DNA of 64,000 nt from a virus. Location: IMG/VR virus record IMGVR_UViG_3300024339_000005; one strand, 5' to 3'. Within the stretch, counting starts at the first letter, position 1; each line of letters begins with the position of its first letter. Position numbers and translations under genes: made by a program. Shown here piece after piece: positions 55,735-64,000 of this stretch. The notes under the pieces are model-generated. The model saw only the letters and a list, made by a program, of their open reading frames with translations. It did no database searches and was not told the origin of the DNA.

Positions 55735-56796
55735 TTACCTCATTAAGATTTGTAAAGCAATTCTTCTTTTAGATTTACAAATTCCGCCCATGTGGGCTGT
55801 TTTCACCGGGTCGAATACCATACAATTGGATTCTTCGCTTATATGCTCGACCATGTTTTTCAAAATCTCATCACTTTCGCCAGAACCATCGGCATAATAT
55901 CCACCGAAGATAGCGTTTCCCCGCATCTGGTCAGGAAACATCTTCATCACATTTCTATGAGCCGGAGACAATAGATAATTTCCAATCGAATTACCAGAGG
56001 CGATAATAAAATCTAAATCGTCTTGCTTCCAGTGAAATGATTCTGGAACCGTGATTAATGGGCCTGATTCCGAATCCACATTGTTTAGATATATAATGGA
56101 CTTCATCAAGTTTCGTTTTGGGTCTTTGTGTAGATTACCCAATTTGGTTTTCGAAGCGGGCAAATCTCGCATGACTCTTTCATGGTGGGTATCCGTCGGT
56201 TCAGAGATATGCAGATTTATCGAAGTCATTGTTAGATTTTTATGCGTACCATTAGACTTAGATAAAGCCTCAAGTATTTTATGCTCGTCAAACGCTTTCA
56301 AAAACAATTCAAATAATTCAGGCTCAGCACCGGGCGAAATTGCTAATGCACGATCCATTTGATGCGGCGCTGCCACATGGTCAGTAAGATTCAATAGTGA
56401 ATCAATGCGACCGCTCAAGATTTCCGTTGCGCGTGAAATCACATCTTCGCCAATGGTAAAACTATGAACGCCCTTGTATTTCAAATCATCATATACTGGC
56501 GACGAAGGCAAATCAAGGCGGACTGTCTGGTCTTTTTTCCATGACAAATGGGTATTGACGCACATTTGAACGATACCCCTCTGATACTCCAAAATCTTAG
56601 ATTCCTCGGGCGTCAAGATATTATGCTCTTTAATTTTCCTTACTATGCCATCATAGCCAGACATAAACCCGGCGAGGTAAGCCATATCAATAGCCACCCT
56701 CATAGAATCATAATACGGCGACGGGTCAACGCTTTCAGGGAACATTGATTCTCCGACGCCGGGAATGTCGCACAAATCAGGATATTTGAAAAACAT
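55735..56796 (-). CDS. 2OG-Fe(II) dioxygenase-like (PhyH-type) protein
   Basis: LHKD...K.IIYL.NV...GP...VP.S, H.GG....R. Confidence 0.65.
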   Translation of the reverse strand: MFFKYPDLCDIPGVGESMFPESVDPSPYYDSMRVAIDMAYLAGFMSGYDGIVRKIKEHNILTPEESKILEYQRGIVQMCVNTHLSWKKDQTVRLDLPSSPVYDDLKYKGVHSFTIGEDVISRATEILSGRIDSLLNLTDHVAAPHQMDRALAISPGAEPELFELFLKAFDEHKILEALSKSNGTHKNLTMTSINLHISEPTDTHHERVMRDLPASKTKLGNLHKDPKRNLMKSIIYLNNVDSESGPLITVPESFHWKQDDLDFIIASGNSIGNYLLSPAHRNVMKMFPDQMRGNAIFGGYYADGSGESDEILKNMVEHISEESNCMVFDPVKTAHMGGICKSKRRIALQILMR

Positions 56797-56797
56797 T

Positions 56798-57358
56798 TTA
56801 GTCGTTCCTTTTATAGAACATACCGCGTTCTTTTATGAAAGGTTTGCCCATGGTCGAAGCGGAACGAATTCGTTCGGTAACTTCCTCGTCGTATTCAAAA
56901 CCATAACTCGCAAACTTGTCAACCCAATATTCATGCGGCTGACAGTTTACATGGTGGTGACCAGGGAAGCCGGGGGGAGCATAGGTGCATACGACATATT
57001 TACAGCGCCGGAACAAATCCATATAGTTGACCATATATTTTTCTTCAACATGCTCCAAGAATTCAACAGACCAACCGAGGTCAAAAGTTTCATCCATGTA
57101 ATCCGGCTTTCCGTCTTGAAAATCAAATAGAGAAACCCTGTCAAAAATATCGTCGTCCCAAGTCAGGGTAAAATCGCCGTCGATACCGTAACTGTCGATA
57201 CCCAAAGCCAACCCCTCGCGGATTTGCCAGCCCATACTACAACCAATGTCCATCATAGATTTTATGCCGAAATTCTTCTGCATGAACTCTAATGAACCAA
57301 TGTCAATATGTGTATAATTCACATGCCCACCAAGGTGGTCTGGAAGTTTGTCTGTCAT
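56798..57358 (-). CDS. class I SAM-dependent methyltransferase
   Basis: DIGC..G, FDLGWSVEFLEHV, GHHHVNCQ. Confidence 0.8.
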   Translation of the reverse strand: MTDKLPDHLGGHVNYTHIDIGSLEFMQKNFGIKSMMDIGCSMGWQIREGLALGIDSYGIDGDFTLTWDDDIFDRVSLFDFQDGKPDYMDETFDLGWSVEFLEHVEEKYMVNYMDLFRRCKYVVCTYAPPGFPGHHHVNCQPHEYWVDKFASYGFEYDEEVTERIRSASTMGKPFIKERGMFYKRND

Positions 57359-58251
57359 AATTTACTCCTAATATATTTCCAACATTCGCCGTTTAATAAT
57401 TCCTCTTGCGACCACTGACAATAACACATATCATGAATCCATTGGCGGCGGTCGGTAGGTGTAAATGTTTCAAGCCATTGAATTCGATTGGGCACGATAC
57501 CATAAACCATCGAAGCCGAATTATACGCAACAGTAGGTGTACCGTTGATAACAGCGTCCGTACCTACGCCGCTTGAATACGTCACAAAACAACTGGCATG
57601 ATCCATGGTTGATTGAAGATTTTCAGCCGTGCCTTCTTGGTATAGAACACCATCGGGCATTCCAGAGAAATCGAATTGTCTAGGCAATTGAGGTGTTCTG
57701 ATCAGAATTTGCTTGTCTGTGTAATGCTTGGCTTCGTGGGCCATCATGGTTGCCCACTGGCTGATATCAGCGCCGCGCAATGAAGCATCACCAGGCAACT
57801 GAAGACAAATCACAATTGGTCCACCAGAGGTTTTCCATGGCTTGTAAGCAATGTCTAACTCTTCCGACATTTTCAGATAGCGATCGCCGGGCGACCCGAC
57901 CGTATGATGAAAACCTGTATCACCCAGAAAGCCATTAATACCAACGCGGTACCACGTATCGTCCATAACATCCTTGACTGGCTTGCGCCCCATTACAGGG
58001 GTTTCAAGGACCAAGAAAGGCGTGTCTTCTGCGACAACAGCCCGCTTGACTTCATGCCATGGTGTGTTTCTATCTTTCCATGAACCCCAAATGATATTGA
58101 GGTCAGCACCATCGCGGCACCATGGAGTGATTTGTTCGCCATAGACAACATCAACCGTATCTTCAACGGTAGCAATTGCATTACCAAAGTCGTGCAATAA
58201 AGTTTCAAACTTCGGATGGTTGGCCGATGCTGCGTAAATCACAACTCTCAT
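57355..58251 (-). CDS. capsule-polysaccharide (KpsS/KpsC-like) glycosyltransferase-like protein
   Basis: LQ.PGD.S, IR.P, VTYSS..G.DAVI.G.P, QW...E...G. Confidence 0.6.
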   Translation of the reverse strand: MRVVIYAASANHPKFETLLHDFGNAIATVEDTVDVVYGEQITPWCRDGADLNIIWGSWKDRNTPWHEVKRAVVAEDTPFLVLETPVMGRKPVKDVMDDTWYRVGINGFLGDTGFHHTVGSPGDRYLKMSEELDIAYKPWKTSGGPIVICLQLPGDASLRGADISQWATMMAHEAKHYTDKQILIRTPQLPRQFDFSGMPDGVLYQEGTAENLQSTMDHASCFVTYSSGVGTDAVINGTPTVAYNSASMVYGIVPNRIQWLETFTPTDRRQWIHDMCYCQWSQEELLNGECWKYIRSKL

Positions 58252-58657
58252 TATAAATTCTCGCTTCCATAATATGCTGTGGCTTTCTGTGCCACTTACC
58301 GTTGATATTTTCGTTGTACCAACCATCAGTTTCAAGGACGTTATGCAAAAACTGTTGCTTCACTTCTTCATAATTTACGTCGCCATTTGTCGTGTGTATT
58401 GAAAGAATTTCACGTTTGAAGATTTCTTTACCATACATGGCGAGATCTTCAAGTAAAGGTTTTGAACTACCATAGTATTGCCGCCAATTAGACTCGGTAC
58501 GCTGGCGTCTTGACTTGCCTTTTACTTTACGAACACTCCAGAAATACTTTCGCCCGATATATTTCATACCGGTTTGAGTGTTGGTAATCAGATAGACAAA
58601 TCCCGCATAGCCCTTAGGTGCTTCTTCGATCTCTTTATTCCCAAGGGTCCAGTTCAT
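58205..58657 (-). CDS. GIY-YIG endonuclease (T4-like endonuclease II position, next to RNR)
   Basis: GFVYLITN...G.KYIGRK, ESNW..YYGSS, F.REIL, YNENI. Confidence 0.8.
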   Translation of the reverse strand: MNWTLGNKEIEEAPKGYAGFVYLITNTQTGMKYIGRKYFWSVRKVKGKSRRQRTESNWRQYYGSSKPLLEDLAMYGKEIFKREILSIHTTNGDVNYEEVKQQFLHNVLETDGWYNENINGKWHRKPQHIMEARIYNESCDLRSIGQPSEV

Positions 58658-58857
58658 CACCGAACTCCTCTGCGAAACCTTCAACTTCTTCAGCATAGAC
58701 AATATCATGCCCGCAATATGGGCAATGTCTTACTTCTTCATTTTCGCAATTCTTGCCAGCAATGATAGTAAATTCACTGCCGCAAGAATCGCATTCAATT
58801 TTTTCTTCGCTCATAATTGCAACTCATATTGTTATCGTTGCAACTATGTATATGTCC

Positions 58858-60801
58858 CTAGACGTTACCACCAATATCAACGATTTCACAGGCGCCGCCG
58901 GCGGCAGAACACGCCAATTCTTGGCTACCACTTGTGTTATCCATTTGTTCATAGTCAGAGAGTTTTGACCAATCAACACCGGTTGGCATTTCGCCCTCCA
59001 TTTGAATAAAGTCCATGGCTGAAATATCTTCATACGGGGCTTGCCGATAAGTGTGTTCGCTATGCGGCAAGAACGAAACACCACCAACGTCGTCAAAGTT
59101 TTCATAAACCCAAGCGCCAACATCCATCCATTCATGTTCCCTTACAGAAACGGTGATAGATGGGTTATGCTCTGTCCAATGGTTGCGATAAACGAACCAC
59201 AACCGAAGTTGGTCGAGCGCGGTCATTTCGTCACGGGTAATAGCACCCTTAGGGGATTGTTGTGGGAATGAAAAGACGGTTGTTGAATCTGCTTTCGTAA
59301 CGTCATCCTCATGGGGAAAGCCGGCTTCCATCATCATTTGGGTAAGTGGGTCTTTCTTATCACCACGAACACGACGAATGAAATGGGTGCTGTGACGGCT
59401 GTGAATACCAGAAGAAGAATTGACCAACTGTGAGGCTGTACCAGATGGCTTGACCGTAGTGATCGCAACCGACTGGTTGATTTTCAATTTCTTACACCAT
59501 TCGGCATTGACTTCAACAGCAACCAGACGCAACTCGTCAAGCAAGGCTTCTAGTTTTGCCATGCCCATCTTACCGTTAGTCAATTCGTTATCCATGATGC
59601 CAGTCATAGACACGCCCAACAGGCGTTCTTCTTCTGCGTTCTCTTTCCATTTCTTCGTAAGGTATTTGAAGTTGGTCAGGGTAGATTGGAATGTACCAAG
59701 GATAACAGCAAGACGAACTTTCTCTTTTAGGCTTTCAGCCGTATCAGTAGCACGAACCACGATTTCAGAGAGGTTACAGAAACCACGTGGGCGCATGATG
59801 ATTTCACCACAAGGATTTACACCCCATTCATGACCAGCCTCACGGCGACCATATTTGATGGCTTGTCTTTCAGCAGCGGCTCTATTGAAGATGCCTCGTT
59901 CTCCGGACTTTGAATTATAGAGCGACAGCCATTCTTCCATAAAGATACCAATGTCTGGCTTCTCTGTGTAAGCGGCTGAATTATTAGCAAGAGCCCTTTG
60001 AACGTCATTCTCCCACCACTGACCAGATTTTGCATGGCGCATACGGTCGTCAGAAAGGTTAGACAATGAAATTAGTGCAGAACGACGAACACCACCAACG
60101 ACCACAATCTCTGCGATCTTGCAAACGATATCATGGCATTCAAGGGAATTCAGTTTGCGCCCTTTAGCGGCCTGAAAAGTGGCAACAACGAAACGGAACA
60201 AATCCTCAAGAGGTTCTGGACCAGATGCACGACCACCGAAAGTTTTCAATACAGTGCCTGCTGGTCTTACTTTGTCAGTGTTCCAACTAGGAATAGCCCC
60301 AGAATACAAAAGGCTGATAAGTTCCTTGAGTGATTTAGCCCAGCCCATTTTGGAATCAGCCACGACTATCACGGTGTCTGTAGGATAAATTTCTTCTGGC
60401 ACTTCAGGTAGTTTGTTTACGTCTTGGCGTTCAACAGTAAAACCAACACCAGTACCGTTCATAAGAATGTAAAGGATTTCATCAAACGAACGGACGTTAT
60501 CAATAGGAACGAACGAACAATTGTACCCAGCCACATTTTCACGTTTCAGTGCTTCACCAGCCGTCATAAGACAGCGCATAGATGGCAACACTTTTTGTTC
60601 AAGAACAGAAAACATCAACTCGTCACGCATAGGCTTGGTCAGACGAAATTTATGGTTCTCATAAAGATGCTCTTGAAAAAAGTCAAAGTATCGCTCGACA
60701 GTTTCCATCCAAGTTTCACGGCGGTTCAACAGGGGCAGCCATCTTGAGTAACGACTTAGGTGGATAAATTCTTGGTAAGGGGTGGCTAGGTAGTTATTCA
60801 T
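58858..60801 (-). CDS. nrdJ: class II (B12-dependent) ribonucleotide reductase, monomeric RTPR type
   Basis: PSMR, YNCS, GGVRRSALI, NPCGEI, FCNL, TTVKPSGT, C-terminal AC...GACE; no nrdB adjacent. Confidence 0.92.
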   Translation of the reverse strand: MNNYLATPYQEFIHLSRYSRWLPLLNRRETWMETVERYFDFFQEHLYENHKFRLTKPMRDELMFSVLEQKVLPSMRCLMTAGEALKRENVAGYNCSFVPIDNVRSFDEILYILMNGTGVGFTVERQDVNKLPEVPEEIYPTDTVIVVADSKMGWAKSLKELISLLYSGAIPSWNTDKVRPAGTVLKTFGGRASGPEPLEDLFRFVVATFQAAKGRKLNSLECHDIVCKIAEIVVVGGVRRSALISLSNLSDDRMRHAKSGQWWENDVQRALANNSAAYTEKPDIGIFMEEWLSLYNSKSGERGIFNRAAAERQAIKYGRREAGHEWGVNPCGEIIMRPRGFCNLSEIVVRATDTAESLKEKVRLAVILGTFQSTLTNFKYLTKKWKENAEEERLLGVSMTGIMDNELTNGKMGMAKLEALLDELRLVAVEVNAEWCKKLKINQSVAITTVKPSGTASQLVNSSSGIHSRHSTHFIRRVRGDKKDPLTQMMMEAGFPHEDDVTKADSTTVFSFPQQSPKGAITRDEMTALDQLRLWFVYRNHWTEHNPSITVSVREHEWMDVGAWVYENFDDVGGVSFLPHSEHTYRQAPYEDISAMDFIQMEGEMPTGVDWSKLSDYEQMDNTSGSQELACSAAGGACEIVDIGGNV

Positions 60802-61029
60802 TTGTTTTTTCGTTCCTCTGCAATCCGCTTGTTATTTTTTTTTAGAAAGTCGTTCAATTTGGCATCGCAAGTGACGCCTTGATAATGCCACCCTGCAACT
60901 TTGTCTATTTGATATATGGCGCAATCACGGAAGCCTTGTTTCTTTTTGTATTTTTTATCGGTGACAAAACCCCGATATTGGGTTCGTTGTGGACCAACAA
61001 AAACAATCACTTCATCGCCTATATCATTC

Positions 61030-61698
61030 TCAATCGGCATCAACAAATTCCTTCATCAACGGAAAGATACTAGCGATTTCGGTAGCACAAGCCACAGCGA
61101 TTTCACGGTGTTCTTTCTGCGTTCCGTTACCAGAGCGCAAGGATATATAGTGAATCCATGACCGGATAGATCCTTTCATATACATTGTGGTCGTCGTAAG
61201 CCCCTCGGGTAGAATCTTTCTCGCTTGTTCTTTTGCTATGCCATTTTCAATAGCCCATGTGTATATTACTTTCGACGCCTCAATGTGTAGTTCTTGCATT
61301 TTTACCCAGGCTTGGCTCAATATTTTATCATCAACCTCAATACTGTTCTGACGGTTCTTGGTGTCTTGTAGTCTAGCCTCACTAATCTCAAAACCCATTC
61401 CGGTCGGGTCAGCATAGCGTTGGCTAAATTCCTGAAACACGAAAGAACGGTGGCGCAAAACCTGCCGACCGATATCTCTCGTCGTTTGAATCTCAATCGT
61501 TGCATCAGCCATTTCAAGTGGTGACCAGTGCTGGTGTTTGACGAGGTACTTGATAAGTTTAGCCGATGTTTCTTTGTTGATTTGATTGGCAGGATTAGAA
61601 ACCCTCGCACAGTACGCCACAAGATCTTCAACCGAAGTCAAGCCTTCTAGCATCAACTCCTCACTCGGCATTGTGTAAGATTTTAGTGTTACTTTCAT
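61030..61698 (-). CDS. thyX: flavin-dependent thymidylate synthase
   Basis: ARVSNP, HWSPLE, RHRSF.FQEFSQRY, EQAR, R....TQKEHR. Confidence 0.96.
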   Translation of the reverse strand: MKVTLKSYTMPSEELMLEGLTSVEDLVAYCARVSNPANQINKETSAKLIKYLVKHQHWSPLEMADATIEIQTTRDIGRQVLRHRSFVFQEFSQRYADPTGMGFEISEARLQDTKNRQNSIEVDDKILSQAWVKMQELHIEASKVIYTWAIENGIAKEQARKILPEGLTTTTMYMKGSIRSWIHYISLRSGNGTQKEHREIAVACATEIASIFPLMKEFVDAD

Positions 61699-61882
61699 CG
61701 GCCTATTCCTCCCAAGCCATATAATTCACGCAATTCTTCTTCGGTGTATTCGTCATAGGTTTTATCCCCTGTCGAATAACCACCAGAACAGGTACAGCCG
61801 GCGTATTGTTTACCCGGATTATCCTGGTGAAACTGACAAACCGAGCGGGTTGTTGTAACGACCTGTGGCTTTTGTTCAACTA

Positions 61883-62920
61883 TCATAATTTACTCCATTC
61901 ATTAATTGCAAGATGGGCCGCTGCGCCTGTTTTGGATCTCGCTTCGATATTGTCCATCATCAATTCTTTCGTGGCTCCTGCCTGAACCCACTCGTTGATA
62001 TCTTTTGCGACGACAGCATCAGGCCAAATGAATACTTTGAAGCCTGCGTTAGCAGAACCCCGCATCTGGTTGATTACATCTTTGTTTCTTGGCTGATTGT
62101 CAAGAATCATGGTCGTGCTTTCGGGCGACAAGAGTTTGCGAATCTTCTTAAAGTCAGAGCCAGCGACAGCCAGACAGTTATCAAGGAACAGAGAATCAAT
62201 CGGTCCTTCGACAACGTACATAGGCATTTTTGGGTCGATAGTTTCTGAACCGTAAATCAAAGGAATATTTTCATCAATGCGAAGCATCAAGTACCGAACT
62301 TTGGCCTCGTCTTCATATGACCGACAAGTAAGTGCGAACATATGTTCACCATTATGATTTTTATGCCAGAACGGAATCGCTAATCGTGGCTCGTTGCCGA
62401 TGATACGGTCTTTATAGCCGTCAGACAATTGGTGCAAGTCTTGAACGTCGTTGATATGATACAAACGACTCCAAGCGGCCTTTGGGATTTGACGGCCCCT
62501 GACAAACTGTACCGCCATGTGGTCTTCGGGTAATTTGTCTACCCTGTCCATCAATGTGTCGATAAGTGATTTTTTAGCGAAGACCGGGGCATCACCTTTG
62601 TATTCAACCTTGGCATGGGGTTTAGCATGTTTACCATGACCCTCACCAGACTTGTATCTTTCCATGACGTATTGCTGGTAGAGTGTTGGGTCGAGAGACT
62701 TAATGACGTTGCCAAGGCTGTGACCTATTTCGCAGTTATGACATTTGAATGCCATCCCCGATTTCTTGGTGAAGAAATAACCTCGGGCTTTGTATTTGTT
62801 TTTCTGACTGTCACCACAGAAAGGGCACCGACAGTTGGCAATAGTGTTTGATTTCCACTTGAAACGATCAAGACGGGCCGATAGTATATTCAGAAAATTC
62901 TTGTCTACCCACAATGACAT
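61883..62920 (-). CDS. gp61: DNA primase
   Basis: CRCPFCGDSQKN..KARG, CHNC, VEGPIDSLF, DNQPRN, KDINE. Confidence 0.95.
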   Translation of the reverse strand: MSLWVDKNFLNILSARLDRFKWKSNTIANCRCPFCGDSQKNKYKARGYFFTKKSGMAFKCHNCEIGHSLGNVIKSLDPTLYQQYVMERYKSGEGHGKHAKPHAKVEYKGDAPVFAKKSLIDTLMDRVDKLPEDHMAVQFVRGRQIPKAAWSRLYHINDVQDLHQLSDGYKDRIIGNEPRLAIPFWHKNHNGEHMFALTCRSYEDEAKVRYLMLRIDENIPLIYGSETIDPKMPMYVVEGPIDSLFLDNCLAVAGSDFKKIRKLLSPESTTMILDNQPRNKDVINQMRGSANAGFKVFIWPDAVVAKDINEWVQAGATKELMMDNIEARSKTGAAAHLAINEWSKL

Positions 62921-63357
62921 TATTCATAAACTCCTAAAAGTTGATTGGCGATATCAACGCCCTCATCAAGTGTTTTCACAATCCAACCACAGCCGTATGC
63001 GAACAACGGGTGATTAGAAATATCGGGATTGTCTGTGACGAGAATAATTGGCTTATTCATAAACATGAACCAAGCGCATTCCATTGTCGTGCCATAGTTT
63101 CCGCGACCTTCAGACATTTCAGACGGCAGATAAGCGAACAACAGATCGCAGCGTTTTGAGTCCATCAGGTTTTTATGATAGATTTCCTTGACGCCACGTT
63201 GGCTGTAAGGCTCGTCTGGTTCACAGCGGTTAGGGGTGATGCCGACAATCGTTCGTCCATCCATTTCCCATTCTTTCGAAACAGCCCAGCGCCAATCATC
63301 AATCTGTTTTTGGTTCATGCCCTCCATTGGGCCGCCCAAATAAACATATTTTTTCAT
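62920..63357 (-). CDS. nucleoside 2-deoxyribosyltransferase-like protein
   Basis: VYLGGPM, WR, D....D, GT.ME.......KP, HP. Confidence 0.65.
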   Translation of the reverse strand: MKKYVYLGGPMEGMNQKQIDDWRWAVSKEWEMDGRTIVGITPNRCEPDEPYSQRGVKEIYHKNLMDSKRCDLLFAYLPSEMSEGRGNYGTTMECAWFMFMNKPIILVTDNPDISNHPLFAYGCGWIVKTLDEGVDIANQLLGVYE

Positions 63358-63593
63358 TTTGAAACTTGTGTGGGTTTGAAGAATGCAGCAAAGAAAGCCA
63401 AAGCAGCGCCTACTTCAGCAAGTGAAAAATCGGGCATACCAAGAAGTACCAAAAACTTATCTGTCGTTTCAACAAACGCCCATTCAACCATCCAGCCTGC
63501 TACCCAACCGGAAGCGGCTGAAATGATAGGCAAGAATAATCCAAGGACAAGACCGACGGTGCCAGCACCAAATGCAATTCCAAGTTTTTCCAT
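63354..63593 (-). CDS. small membrane protein
   Basis: hydrophobic; AGGAG RBS before MEKLG. Confidence 0.5.
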   Translation of the reverse strand: MEKLGIAFGAGTVGLVLGLFLPIISAASGWVAGWMVEWAFVETTDKFLVLLGMPDFSLAEVGAALAFFAAFFKPTQVSK

Positions 63594-63603
63594 AATATAT
63601 CTC

Positions 63604-63891
63604 CTAAAAGAGGGTTTTAGTATTAGCGATTTCAAAAAGCACATCACCATGACAGGCTTTTGGTTTACAATGACAAAGCAAATCTTTACCACATAACTCG
63701 TTTTTGATTTCCTGTTCAAATTCAGGCGTAATTGATTGGCGGAATTTCTCTATAACCTGCCGTCGATTCCCGTCTTTACCGATTTCAAAAGGGTTTCCCC
63801 ATTTGGTTCTTCGGTCAACGAGAGTGCCATTCGATGGGTGAATGCTGTGGAGGTTCCAAACGGCGTGGTCTGTTGTGTAATTTTTTATCAT
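63604..63891 (-). CDS. DUF4326-like protein
   Basis: R.TKWGNPF.IG.DG.R..VI, L.GKDL.C.C.P..CHGDVL. Confidence 0.8.
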   Translation of the reverse strand: MIKNYTTDHAVWNLHSIHPSNGTLVDRRTKWGNPFEIGKDGNRRQVIEKFRQSITPEFEQEIKNELCGKDLLCHCKPKACHGDVLFEIANTKTLF

Positions 63892-64000
63892 ACTAGATCA
63901 TAGCATGATAAGACCGGAGAGTCAATCTTTTTTTGGTTCTTTTTTCTTATCGTACAGGAATTTTTCGTAGTAGATAATAATACTTTTTTGCTCTCGTAGG

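Noticed and set aside
58858-62920. Introns or inteins in nrdJ, thyX or primase
   Set aside because: The ORFs are continuous, of normal length and lack intein motifs.

Overview
A 64-kb segment of a large lytic T4-like (Tevenvirinae-related) myovirus. The host is probably an alphaproteobacterium, given the two-piece permuted tmRNA with an ANDN...AA tag, a 17-kDa-antigen-like lipoprotein and a SleB-type hydrolase. Bases 1-7.3 kb hold baseplate/tail genes (gp53, gp48, gp4, gp2, gp54, gp26/gp51, tape-measure-like). These are followed by gp32, gp59 and gp33, then a minus-strand accessory region punctuated by about 12 copies of a ~45-bp early-promoter repeat. That region carries a MotA/ExbB-ExbD-like cassette, radical SAM and glycosyltransferase genes, RNase H, a restriction-modification-like pair, DexA and a DUF2828/vWA (Ro60/TROVE-like) gene. 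A ~10-kb tRNA/ncRNA island (about 30 tRNAs plus many tRNA-like and other structured RNAs, with homing endonucleases) follows, then a glycan-modification cluster, nrdJ, thyX and primase. The strongest candidate for an undescribed system is at 49718-49957. A late promoter drives a 37-codon leader ORF that uses all 20 amino acids and 32 different codons, and its 3' end forms an antiterminator that excludes the intrinsic terminator upstream of the tRNA island. This looks like an attenuator that senses the whole tRNA pool. It sits with other translation-rescue elements: an array of CAGCAAC-motif stem RNAs before the Ro60-like gene, a YrlA-like permuted tRNA mimic, tmRNA and an ArfA-like peptide. 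All protein calls come from motif recognition and synteny only; no database searches were run.
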